Source of the DNA: Octopus sinensis
Taxonomy: Eukaryota
Direction: 5' to 3'
Assembly: GCF_006345805.1 (NCBI RefSeq)
Contig: NW_021836158.1
Span: 5,360 to 69,359, forward strand
Length of the DNA stretch: 64,000 nt
A program made the translations under genes and the position numbers. Shown piece after piece: positions 12,961 to 24,961 of the stretch (position 1 is its first letter; each line of letters opens with the position of its first letter). The notes beneath the pieces are model-generated. The model saw nothing but the letters and a program-made list of their open reading frames with translations. It made no database searches and was not told where the DNA came from.

Positions 12961-13786
12961 ACACATGTACAGAACTACACATAAACACAGACACAACACA
13001 TACCTAAAACACGTTCTTTCTGACAAATACATAGAAATACACAAATACGCATACACATCTGAAAATTTGCATACTCATGCACAAAGCCGTACATATTGTT
13101 ACATGTACAAACTGAAAATAACACGAGACTAAAATAGAATAATTCAGAAACATGTTACCTCAGACTCAATTAATTAATTTCCTGTGTAACTTGCTGCTAT
13201 TTCTAAGGCCAACCTGAGGCAATGTATAAAACAGAGGACGATGGTTTTAGTGGTGGTGTTGGAAGCGATGGTGGTTGTAGGAGTGTTGTTGTTGTTGTTG
13301 TTGTTCTTGGTGTTGTTTAGCTCAAAGTCAGTTCTAATCCAGCAAGCAGACACACAGTCAAAGTTATTCAGCCGTGAGACCACCTTGTCTCATCCTTCTT
13401 TTCAGACTTAGTGTGTCTAGGATCACATTATCCTGTGTGTTCTTTTTATTTTATTTCTTTTTTATGATGTTAGGATATGTTTGAAAGAATATAAGACATT
13501 TGACTGTTATTTCTAGCTAGCTGAGTGACCGTGTTGAGGCTCCCCTGTTGATATAAGGATGATAAATACCTGCAAATGTAATGCTGAGGTAGGCAAATGG
13601 ACATTTCAGATGAGATTCATGGGTTGAACATACTTGGCATATCCTAGCTTAACCCAGTTAGAATCTATATTATAAACTCCAATTCTGACTGAACACAGGA
13701 TTTATTATGTACCTTCAAGTACTATGGTAGGGTGGTGAGTTGGTAGAAGTGCTAGAATGTCAGACTAAATTCTTTGAGGTATATAT

Positions 13787-14011
13787 ATTTCTTTACTACC
13801 CACAAGGGGCTAAACATAGAGGGGACAAACAAGGACATACAAAGGGATTAAGTCAATTATATCGACCCCAGTGCGTAACTGGTACTTTATTTATCCATCC
13901 CGAAAGGATGAAAGGTAAAGTTGACCTCGGCGGAATTTGAACTCACAACGTAACGCAGATGAAATACCACTAAGTATTTCGCCCGACGTGCTAACGTTTC
14001 TACCAGCTCTC
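13787..14011 (-). mobile_element. SINE family B' flanked by a 78-bp direct duplication
   Basis: 13709-13786 equals 14012-14089. The target is the head of an older + strand family-B copy that continues to ~14270. Confidence 0.85.
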
Positions 14012-14297
14012 GTACCTTCAAGTACTATGGTAGGGTGGTGAGTTGGTAGAAGTGCTAGAATGTCAGACTAAATTCTTTGAGGTATATATTCCGAGTTCAA
14101 TACCTGCGAAGGTCAACTAACTTTTATCATTCTGAAGCTGATAAAATAAAGTGCCAATCAAGTACTGAGATCGATGATATTGACTAATAACCCAATTACT
14201 CCACCAAAATTGCTGGCCCTGTCCCTAAATCTGAACCATTATTCTGTATTTTTGCTATTTCTGTTGGCAGAACAAAATATTTTCAAAATATCTTAAT

Positions 14298-14937
14298 TTA
14301 ACCGTTTAGCATTCAGATTATTCTGTCAAATGTAATGTTTATTTAGACACCATGTTTTGGATTAATCTTTTATTATCCTGTAGTTTCAAGTTTCAAGGCG
14401 CAGGAGCGGCTGTGTGGTAAGTAGCTTGCTAACCAACCACATGGTTCCGGCTCCAGTCCCACTGCATGGCATCTTGGGCAAGTGTCTTCTGCTATAGCCC
14501 CGGGCCGACCAATGCCTTGTGAGTGGATTTGGTAGACGGAAACTGAAAGAAGCCTGTCGTATATATGTATATATATATGTATATATGTGTTTGTGTGTGT
14601 GTGTGTTTGTCCCCCTAGCATTGCTTGACAACCGATGTTGGTGTGTTTACGTCCCCGTCACTTAGTGGTTCGGCAAAAGAGACCGATAGAATAAGTACTG
14701 GGCTTACAAAAGAATAAGTCCCGGGGTCGATTTGCTCGACTAAAGGCGGTGCTCCAGCATGGCCGCAGTCAAATGACTGAAACAAGTAAAATAGTAAAAG
14801 AGAGTAAAGAGATGCTATTGCTTAATTTTAGAATGACATAATAGGGTACATGTGAGGGGCTGTATCTGGTTGGTTTAAACATAAAACAGGCAGAATATTT
14901 GGGGCAGGTATGGCTAGCTTAAATACAAATGGGCTAA
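14298..14937. mobile_element. piggyBac-type MITE carrying a family-A SINE (14397-14811)
   Basis: TTAA-CCGTTTAGCATTCAGA..ATACAAATGGG-CTAA. Same family as 16728-16955, in the opposite orientation. Confidence 0.7.
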
Positions 14938-15929
14938 AATGTCTTAAATTTAAATATCATTATTTTAAAATATCTTAATTCAAAATGTCTTCTTTAATAT
15001 TAAAATAACTTTATACTAAAATCTATTTATTTTCAAATATCTTTATGCTTAAGGATTTGAAATTTAATTTAAAGAAAACTTTTTAATTTCCTGAATGTAA
15101 ATTACATAGGAATGCTATTTAACTGATAGAATTATCCAAGGTGGGTGTTGTATCACTTTAGTGTCCTTTAACCCACCAACAAATTTCCATCACATGATGT
15201 CTGCATATGTGAAGTGTTGGTTATAATGTTGTGTTTAAGATTGAGAAAGACATTGGTGCTAATCATGTTATTATTGTTATTTGCAGCTTTAGTCATCAGG
15301 GAGAGATAACTGTCAAAACATTTTAGGCTACTATTTGTACTAGCAACACTGGATTTATTATGATTCAGTCTGGTTTGCTATGACGATGGATACCTTATCA
15401 TGTCTAGCAATGGTGATGGTGCTTGTGATGAGGATGACAATGGCTGTTATGGTGAGCTATTGTTAGTGCTAGACTAATATTATTAAAGAAATGAAAAGGT
15501 GATGGGTTAACAGAAATAGAAGACCACAAAGCTGAATGCTTTAAAGTTTTGAGTTTAATGATACAGGTGTGGTGAGGGTGTAGGTGTGGCTGTAATGGTT
15601 AAGACGTTTGCCTCCTAACTGCATGGTTCCAGGTTCATTCTCACTGCATGGCATTTTGGACAAGTGTCTTCTACTGTAGCCCCAGGGAGACCAAAGCCTT
15701 GAGAATTGATTTGATAGATAGAAACCAGAAGAAACCTGCTGTGTGTGTGTGTGTATAAGGCCTGGTAGGGTATTTCCAGAGAAGCGCTCACCCAAGTTCT
15801 GGGATATCAACACTGTTGAATATTGTTTAAACTGGCGTTGCAAGCAAATTGGTACAGAAACATTTGTAACCGGTTGTTAAAGATGTGTTAAAATATTTTT
15901 GTCTTATTTGGATTATATACATATATGTG

Positions 15930-16117
15930 TACTGGTGGCACGTAAAAGCATCCACTACACTCTCGGAGTGGTTGGCGTTAGGAAGGGCATCCAGCTGTAG
16001 AAACACTGCCAGATCAAGATTGGAGTGTGGTGCAGCCATTTGGTTCACCAGCCCTCAGTCAAATCGTCCAACCCATGGTAGCATGGAAAGCGGACGTTAA
16101 ACAATGATGATGATGAT
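15930..16117 (+). mobile_element. RTE LINE 3' end
   Basis: Same terminal module as 33960-34140, with a (GAT)n tail. Confidence 0.85.
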
Positions 16118-16146
16118 ATGCATATATATATTTATATGTGTGTGTT

Positions 16147-16203
<57 letters not shown>

Positions 16204-16539
16204 ATGTTTATCTCCCTGTCATGACATCATGTGATTTTTGTAAATAATCATCATTCATTTCCAATATTTTACAAAAATGTGTCTCACCATAGGAATATAT
16301 TACCCTTCTATCCATTGGAAAGAACTAAGAGATGGCACAAGAAAGGCATCCTGCCATAGAAAATCTGCCCTTATAAACTCTATCTAGGTCCTTGTAAGTA
16401 GAGGAAAGGAAGCATTAACATGATGATGATAATCATCTCTAAGTTCTGAAATAAAACCCTGTTATCTGTCACCTGTTACAATATTATTAAGTTTGGTGTT
16501 AATAAACAAACCAAATTTTCTGATTCCCCTTTTATATCA

Positions 16540-17415
16540 ATTTAGTGATTGCATAACTCAGCAGCATTACTTTGACAAAGGAACAACCTTCATAAACAAA
16601 TTCCAACTGTGTTTAAATACCTGTGGCGGAGAAAGGGAGATAACTTGTGGGATGGAAGACATAACTTCTTGTATTTGCTCTTCAAGTTCTTCCAAAGTTG
16701 TTGGTTTGGTAGAGTAGACTTGCTCCTTTAACCCTTCAGTGTTTAAACTGGCCATATCAGGCCAAAATTGTCTTACTGTTTTATGCTCAAACCAGCCAGC
16801 TCTGACCTCTCACACCTAACCTACAAAGTCATTCTAAAAATAAACAGGGACATCATCAAAATCTCAGAGTTACAAGATGCTGTATAATTAATTTAAAACA
16901 ATATGATTAAACAGGCTTTACATTTGACAGAGTACTCTGAATGCTAAAGGGTTAAGCAATCCCACCAAAAAATAAAAAAAAAAAGTTGCTGGCCAATCAT
17001 GTGGACCTTGATGACCCATCCATCTCCCAAGGATGTAGGCATTCAGCCATTCAGAAACAAAAATAGCAAAATGTGGAGGCATGAAATCTTGCATAAAAAT
17101 CAAATCATCAATATTCTCTCAAGTACTGATAACTGCTTCATGGAGGCAAAAGCATTGACCAGACATATATTTAACTTCATGGGAATAACTGGCCAGATTT
17201 CATCTTCCATCATGGTGAGGTACATTTCAGCATTCATGGTATTGTAATGAATAAAAGGACTCACAATCCTGTCCGAAGTCATTCCACACAATACCATTAT
17301 CTTGGACTGATTCTGCATTTTTTCAGAGGTAGTGTGAAGATCTTCTCCTGCCCAGTGGTGGCAGTTGTGATGGTTCACAAAGCTACTGATGTGGAATACC
17401 GCTTCATCACTTCAG
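16540..17415 (-). pseudogene. Decayed Tc1/mariner-superfamily transposase (rosa/DD41D-like), split by a MITE
   Basis: SDEAVFH..NHHNCH..IFMQDFMPPHFAIFVSEWLNAYILGRWMGHQGPHDWPA..WDC|LKEQVYSTKPTTLEELE. The SPDLxPxD segment is deleted, so the subfamily is inferred. Confidence 0.85.
16728..16955. mobile_element. piggyBac-type MITE with TTAA TSD
   Basis: TTAA-CCCTTCAGTGTT..AATGCTAAAGGG-TTAA. Removing it and one TTAA restores the transposase codons W-D-C-L-K-E-Q. Confidence 0.85.
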
Positions 17416-17610
17416 AGGATATTTTTAAAGAGATCAGACCATGTTTGCAGGGCTTCTAAATTTCAAAAAATAATCAATCTGAAAAAAAAAACATCATAAA
17501 ATCGATTCCCAAACATTAAAGAATATACACATCAAATTTGAGGAAATAATTGTAGTTAATAAATGAATTATAAATATTTGGAAATAGGGAGTTACTTTTC
17601 AATCACCTTC

Positions 17611-17680
<70 letters not shown>

Positions 17681-17755
17681 GTATGGTATGTATGTATATA
17701 TATATATATATATTTTCCCTCTGTCTTCCCTTCTTTGGATCTTTCCTTTTCCTAT

Positions 17756-17790
17756 GTTTCTGATGAAGAGCTCCGCTCGAAACGTTAAAC
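17756..17790 (+). ncRNA. Candidate minimal type I hammerhead ribozyme (Penelope-like repeat fragment ~17713-17846)
   Basis: GTTT-CTGATGA-A-GAGC(TCC)GCTC-GAAA-CG-TT-AAAC. Helix I GTTT/AAAC and helix II GAGC/GCTC pair perfectly, and helix III is the palindrome AACGTT. Flanked by (TA)n. Confidence 0.65.
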
Positions 17791-17840
17791 CCTGTCCTCA
17801 CATTGTTGTGTTTTCTCTTTGTGTTTTCATGTTTGGGTTA

Positions 17841-17890
<50 letters not shown>

Positions 17891-18579
17891 CATGATGTTA
17901 AATATCTGACTGGTCATATGGTTTTGCATTCATGAAGCACTTAGCTTTATAGATGAAGCATATGATGAGACATATATTAAACTTCATGTAAATACATTAC
18001 TGCTCTAACTTTTAGTGTGTGTTTTGCTTTTTGGATATATTATCCATTGATGACATATATATATACATATACATATATTCGATGGCGCTTGGTTGAGTAC
18101 GTATGTTAATTATCAGTGCTCTCAAATTTAAAATTGAAATACTATACTGAAGAAGGGAATAAGTGAGTAGAAATATGATTTTACATCTTTTTACATCTCT
18201 TTAACCCAGAAACGCATTTATAGTTAATCAAAGCCAGGTGATTTTTTTCTTTTTACCTGCATGAGTTGTAGAGTATTGCTGCCTGGGAGATATCTTATGG
18301 CAGTGGAATAGTATTTTAGCTGCTATTTCTAAATTTCGGTATGTGGTGAAGCAAATTTTGCTGAACCCTACTTATAATTATACTCAAAATTATGGAATTT
18401 TTGTATAAGGTTACCAATAATGGTTCTTTTAACATACCGAACTACTTGGTAAAATTATTAATTATTAATTGATTAATTAATTTTACCCTTTATAAATATA
18501 TATATATATATATATATTGGTAAAAACGATAAGATAAAAGAAAGAAAAAGACCTTAATATTATATAAATAGAGGAAATT

Positions 18580-19105
18580 TATCTGTAAATTAATATGTGA
18601 CAATTATTCAATAGCCAAGATAAAACTCTGAGTTTCGGATGGCGAAGTGGAAATCCACAACACTATCTCTTTGGTTATCTGGTCATCTGAAAAACGCTAT
18701 GAAAAAATACCATTTTTTTTTGTGCTTGTGCGTATATAGACGTATGTATGAACTTTTATGGTACGCGTGTGTGTATGAGTTTCTATATATATGCGTATAC
18801 ATTTAGCAAAAAATGCGAGTGAAGATGTGTACGTTTTCATAGTGACATATACGTATGCACGTGGGTGCACAAGCGCACATGTGAGCGTATGAGTAGCCAT
18901 ATTTACTATGAACTTTTAATCTTAATTTATATAAGTAGCGGAATTATAACACGGTAATTTCCCTTTATATAACGCTATTTTTTCATAGCGTTTTTCAGAT
19001 GGCCAGATAACCGAAGAGATGGTGTTGTGGATTTCCACTTCGGCATCTGAAACTCAGAGTTTTATCTTGGCTATTGAATAAGTGTCACATATTAATTTAC
19101 AGATA
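18580..19105. repeat. Inverted repeat, 130-bp arms (6 mismatches), each arm carrying an outward-facing hammerhead-like motif
   Basis: 18580-18709 is the reverse complement of 18976-19105. Motifs at 18614-18683 (-) and 19002-19071 (+). Confidence 0.85.
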
Positions 19106-19118
19106 TATATATATATAC

Positions 19119-19336
19119 AAAATTTAAAGGACTGACCACTAAAAGTGGACGGTCAACATGCTAGATATAGACGTCAAATCGCTATTTTCCACAAAGAATA
19201 TGTTCTCAAATATTTTTAATGCTTTGGTTTGTGCTGAGTTTTTATTTGAGAACATATTCTTTGTGGAAAATAGCGATTTGACATCTATATCTAGCATGTT
19301 GACCATCCACTTTTAGTGGTCAGTCCTTTAAATTTT
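19119..19336. repeat. Near-perfect hairpin: 94-bp arms (92/94), 30-nt loop
   Basis: 19119-19212 vs 19243-19336 compared base by base. The two mismatches are CG/TG transitions. Confidence 0.95.
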
Positions 19337-20027
19337 TTATGTAAAAATATTTTAATCTTCAGATTTTTTTAATATGCTGGGCCACTGGTTTTAATTGATT
19401 AATATCAATTTCTACTCTTATTAAATTTTATATATATATATATGCCCAATGTAGGTAAATTAGTGATACTGATAATGAAATATCAATATTATAGGTCAGG
19501 GAAAGCACTTCAGCCCTGTTGTTTGTTGATATTCATAATCATCATCACTACATTAGCTCTATTTCTATATATGCTGATTATCTATAATTCTTACCAACTT
19601 AGCAGAATATATTTCACCAAGATCAGTCTAATAGAACTGAAAACAACCTGTTTCTTTTACCAGTTCACTTCGAAAGATTCCTGCCTGTATTGATTTTTAT
19701 TTTCCAAATATTTTTATTGGCTGATTTTAATGGGGTTATTTCCCTTGCTTGTTGTGTTTAGATTTTAGAAATACCCTAGAAAGTAATTTTTGTGTACAGA
19801 TTCCATGTATAATCTTAGTAAATTGAATATTTTCATTTCACTACATTAGCTATATAAGATCCTACAGTAGTTGGTGTGTGTGAATTTATGCATACAATGT
19901 ATGTATATATGTCTTTTCTCTCTCTCTCTCTCTCCACACACACACACAAACACAGCATGCACGTATGCACACATATAAACACACACATACATACATGTGT
20001 TTACATAGCTACTTTGCCTTTTCTTTC

Positions 20028-20073
<46 letters not shown>

Positions 20074-20245
20074 TATACACACATATATATATGTATATAC
20101 GTGCGGTGTATAACTTTATGTGTATATATCTATGTATATATGTATACATATAAGTTTATGTATATATATGTATATATATATATAGATATATCTATGTATA
20201 TATATATACATATATACACATATATATATAGTGTATATATATATA

Positions 20246-20309
<64 letters not shown>

Positions 20310-21280
20310 CATAAAAATATGTAACTTATGTATATCTATCTATCTATCTATCAATATATATATATGTATGCACACACACACACACACACACTTACACGTA
20401 TATTTTCATGCCATATTGCACCTCTTACATTTTCATATATCTTCCATCTTCCACTTCTTTCCCCTACTCGTTACCATCTTATATTCTGATATTTCTCATC
20501 TTCCTCATCATTAAAAATTTTATATTTCATATTCCCATGCCAACATGGAAATATAAATTTATGTGACAGCCATCCTCCTGTCGCTGTGGCTATCCTTCCT
20601 CCAACGTAGTAATCAGTTTGTATAAAGCCAACAAAAAGGGGGTGTTTAATAAAAATTTTTCAACAATGAAGAGTTGCCCTATTTAATGCCATTGCTAAAA
20701 TTGTCAACTAACTGTGAACCAGTGTAGTTATTCATGTTCTCCCGTTTCTTCATATCGAATTTGAAGATGGCATAAATTCTTTAGAGGTAGTTAGATTTCT
20801 GTCCTTAAGTCCAGTTTAATAACCTAGGCTGTTTACTTTCAAGACATTAATTCCATCAGTAGAATATCTCCTGATTATCTTTAGTGAATGATATGATATT
20901 GCTTTCTTCATTGTAGGTAATACAGTGAATCAAACGTTGAGCAAAACTTCATAAATCATTCTCTAAATTGTACGTAGCTGAGTCAGTCCTGCGGTAATGG
21001 TGTCCATTTCTTGGCTGGCATCCACCATTAATACATAAACTTACTGTGGTTACTTTGCTCCTCTGTCAAATTACTCGGATCTTAATCTAAGCATTCAACA
21101 CGGTTTATCAGCGAATCTTTATCTTTATTACTGATTTCACAGATGAGTGCAAGTGGAAAATGTAGTTTTTGTTATTGTTGTTGTTGTTACAATTACTGTT
21201 AGAGCTGTTGTCTAGCTCTAGTTAGCTCTGTAGAGCAGATCTTTGGAATAGGCATAAACAGATCAAATTCCTTAGGTGAA

Positions 21281-21675
21281 ATGGAATGGAATGGAAGCAC
21301 TCCGTCAGTTACGACGATGAGGGTTCCGGTTGATCCGAATCAACGGAACAGCCTGCTCGTGAAATTAACGTGTAAGTGGCTGAGCACTCCACAGACACGT
21401 GCACCCTTAATGTAGTTCTCGGGGATATTCAGCGTGACACAGAGAGTGACAAGGCCGGCCCTTTGAAATACAGGTAAACAGAAACAGGAAGTAAGCGTGA
21501 GAGAAAGTTGTGGCGAAAGAGTACAGCAGGGATCACCACCATCCCCTGCCGGAGCCTCGTGGAGCTTTTAGGTGTTTTCGCTCAATAAACACTCACAATG
21601 CCCGGTCTGGGAATCGAAACCGCGATCCTATGACCACGAGTTCGCTGCCCTAACCACTGGGCCATTGCGCCTCCA
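21281..21675 (-). mobile_element. SINE family C with (ATTCC)n tail
   Basis: Full-length reverse complement of the 7100-7457 family. Flanked by AGGTGAAAT / AGGCGAAAT. Confidence 0.9.
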
Positions 21676-22782
21676 CAGGCGAAATACACTGAACCAAGTT
21701 CTGGACATGTTTTGCATTAGCTTTTTTGAGGTCAACACTGTACACCTCTTCCTACTCTGATTGGTAATGTGGAAAATAACATTACATGGGACACTTCTGT
21801 ACAGAGTACAGTTAGATAGTCTGATAAACCTGGGGTAAGTGCAATAGAATAGCTAGGAAGTGTTCTGTTAGATCTACTTAGGCTATCAGGATTTATGTGT
21901 GGTAAAGTATGCAGTGTGTGAAAGTAGTAAGCAGAGACTATTACTATTATTATTGTTATTTTCCATTAATTTTATTTTTATTGAGTTGTGTGCTTTTACT
22001 ACAGTAATGAGTGCAACCATGAGCATCTTTGATGTATGTGGTGTTTTGTTTTGATTTTTCTAGTTTTTAAAGTATTGACAATACTCTAATCAGCTTGATT
22101 TTGTTGTCAAGGGGACAAAGAAACAAAGTGACTCCTACCTGAAATATCAGTCTCTAAAAAAAATAAGAGGAAAATTAACCAAATATAGCAATGCTTATGG
22201 CCACTTTAATGTGACTGTCCTCTAAGAGATGATGATGCTGCCGTTTAACCCTAGGAAGACATCTCAAACTGGTTTATTCAGTGTACTTCTTGTACCTGTT
22301 ATTTTTTGCAAGCAAGATGTAATTCCTGCCACCCAGGCTTGAAGCCCATCAGATTATGTGGTTTTGACGTGTATGGGATCTCCTTGGTGGTAGGTACTCA
22401 TTGCCAGGCATGGCAGCTGTTTGCCTCATTTATATCTAGACTGGAGCAGGAGGACTAAAACTAGAAACAACCCCATGGAATTACTTTATAAAATCTCTTC
22501 AGAAATCTACCTGCAGCAGAGGGATCACACATCAGTGTATGTAGGATCCTTCAGTTCTTGGTTAAGTGGGTAAAAATGTTCGTAGGCAGTTTTGGAAAAC
22601 CCAATTCACAAATCGGGATTAGAGTGGAGGGTGATTAGTTTTGTTGGGTGTTCTGGTCCTACATAGGTGACAGCTTCTCACCACTGCTTATTCTAATATT
22701 TGTAATTATGTGTGTGTGTATGTATGTGTGTATGTGTGTGTGTGTGTGGTGTGTGTGTGTGTGTGTGTGTGTGTGTTCATTT

Positions 22783-23010
22783 TTTAACTTTTGTCTTTTA
22801 CTTGTTTCAGTCCTTAGACTGTAGCCATGCTGGGGCACTACCTTGAGGAATTTTAGTCAAACTAATCATCTCCAGTACTTATTTTTTTTAAAGCATGGTA
22901 CTTATCCTATTAGTCTATTTTGCTGAATCGCTAAGCTACAGGGACATAAACAAACCAACACTAGTTGTCAAGTGGTGGTGGGGGACAAACAGAGACACAA
23001 AGACACACAA
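22783..23010 (-). mobile_element. SINE family A, 3' half
   Basis: Shared 3' module. Other partial copies lie at ~15576-15755, 41770-41900, 42540-42690, 44845-45050, 47455-47600 and 62790-62930. Confidence 0.8.
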
Positions 23011-23174
23011 ACATCCATTTATGCATACACATACATACATATATACATACATACATACATACATACATACATACATACATACATGTATGTGGGTGTATAT
23101 ATATATATGTATGTATGTGTGTACATATAGTTGGAATTTACAAAAAGAACAAAAGATGAAGACAGGTGTATAAA

Positions 23175-23260
23175 CAACAAACAGGTGTATTAGTTTAATA
23201 CTCAGGAAGGTGAGAAAGTCTTTTATGATTTGAGCCTACGCTCTTCAATAGAAAGGAACA
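23175..23260 (-). mobile_element. Decayed relative of the 17713-17846 hammerhead-bearing repeat
   Basis: Minus strand TTTC-TATTGA-AGAGC(GTAG)GCTC-AAAT-CATA-AAAG. Helix II is retained but both core strands are mutated. Confidence 0.5.
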
Positions 23261-23759
23261 GAAGCTGCCCTGTTGGGTGGCTTTTATGCTAGCTCCTGTG
23301 GAGGGCTAGTCATTGGGCCATGGGCCTAACAATGACACTACATGCATTGAGTACATATTAAATTTCATTGAACTTGACCAATATTTTTCAAGCACTGAAC
23401 AATTTTCATCTAAACAATGATATAATTTGTTGACTTGGAACTTATTGCAAAACTGCATGATAAACAACATTTTTTGTCGTCTCATTTAGGGGTCTCTCTT
23501 TCTTTCAAACTTTTGGCTGATATACTCTCCAGCATTCATCAGGTGTCTTGGGGAAATTTTGAACCTGGAATGAGAACCTTAGGAATACCTTAGGAATGAG
23601 AAACCAGGTTCAAAATTTCTCCAAGACACCCAATGAAGGCTGGAGGGTATATTAGCCGAAATGTTGTGTTAACGACAAACAAGATGAGGACAAATATATC
23701 CATCAAATATAAATAATGTGCATAATGTAAATGAGTTTTAGAAAGTTCAGAAATTTGTG

Positions 23760-24809
23760 ATCCTTATAATGATGATGTTTACATCTGATAGAATAACACC
23801 AATGTTGGGTAGAATTATTGGTGTTGTAGTAAGATCGAAACAGGACATTTTGCACTTAGTTCAGCAGCAGTGTCTAGAAACCATGAAGATCTGGAATGAA
23901 GTGAAATTAATAAGAGACATTGAAACTTTGTTGAGAGCGATCAATAAAGTGTATTCTTGATCTACACTTAAAAAATACAAACTCAAAAAAATTGTAGAGG
24001 CCTTTACCAGAAATAAAGTTATTGCTTTCAGACCAGTTAATGAAGTTAGATGGTTACTGAGACACTTTACACAGCAAAAAAAGAAAGGAAAAAATAAAAA
24101 CTATGAGGAACTCATCGCCTACTTTAAAGAAAATAAATGGTTGAATATTATCAAAAGAAAATTATAAACATCACATGAAAAGTAGCTCTGCAGGTTTTAA
24201 CTGTCTTTGAAGAACTGACTATGCTGTGCATGATTCTACAGAAGCAGTAAATGGAAGGCAATATTTCATGGAGCGACAAAGTTAGAGTTTTGTTAAACTT
24301 CACCGCACGAAGAAAACATGACAGTTGATATAAGTTTATTATTGACTATTATAAACTGTCTTTGTATTCATTTAGAAGAAAGGTTTCCTGAAAATGAGAT
24401 ACAAGAATGGTCAGCTTTTGATTTCTTCAAAATTACCGATTGTGATTTCACATTTGATAACGGACAAAGTTAATGCCTTATGCATAAATTATGATTTTCT
24501 AAACTGAAAATGTTATAATATTTAGTTAGTTTGAACTTTTTAAAATTTTCTTTGAAAGAAAAAAATTAAATCTCAAACTGATTTCAAACTTTGCTCAAAT
24601 GGTGATATTTGTGCATCAAATTGAAGTTTTGTGACCTTGCAAAGTAGATGGACATTAGATGAATCATTCTTGTATCTCATGCAGACTGTGGGCAAGGTTT
24701 TAACCTAATGAATCAACTGAAAAACAATTCTGAGAAACCATTCAGGTGAGTGTCATTTGAATATGCTAATGAGAATCAAAAGCTATCAATCAGAAAGAAA
24801 TTCTACTAG
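23760..24809 (+). pseudogene. Decayed hAT-superfamily transposase
   Basis: FTSD..MLGR..QQQC..FRPVNEVRWL..HLEERFPENEIQEWSAFDF and a C-terminal dimerisation-like SHADCGQGFNLMNQLK..HLNMLMRIKSY, with many stops and frameshifts. Confidence 0.85.
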
Positions 24810-24961
24810 TCATCATCATCATCATCATCATCATCATCGTTTAACGTCCGTTCTCCATGCTAGTTGGACGGTTCGACCGGGGATCTGGGAAGTCAGAAGG
24901 CTGCACCAGGCTCCAGTCTGATCTGGCAGTGTTTCTACAGCTGGATGCCCTTCCTAACGCC
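24810..24961 (-). mobile_element. RTE LINE 3' end inserted in the hAT remnant
   Basis: (CAT)n followed by the reverse complement of the RTE terminal module. Confidence 0.85.

Noticed and set aside
20520-21000. NUMT hypothesis
   Set aside because: Translation with the invertebrate mitochondrial code still has stops and no mitochondrial protein motif.
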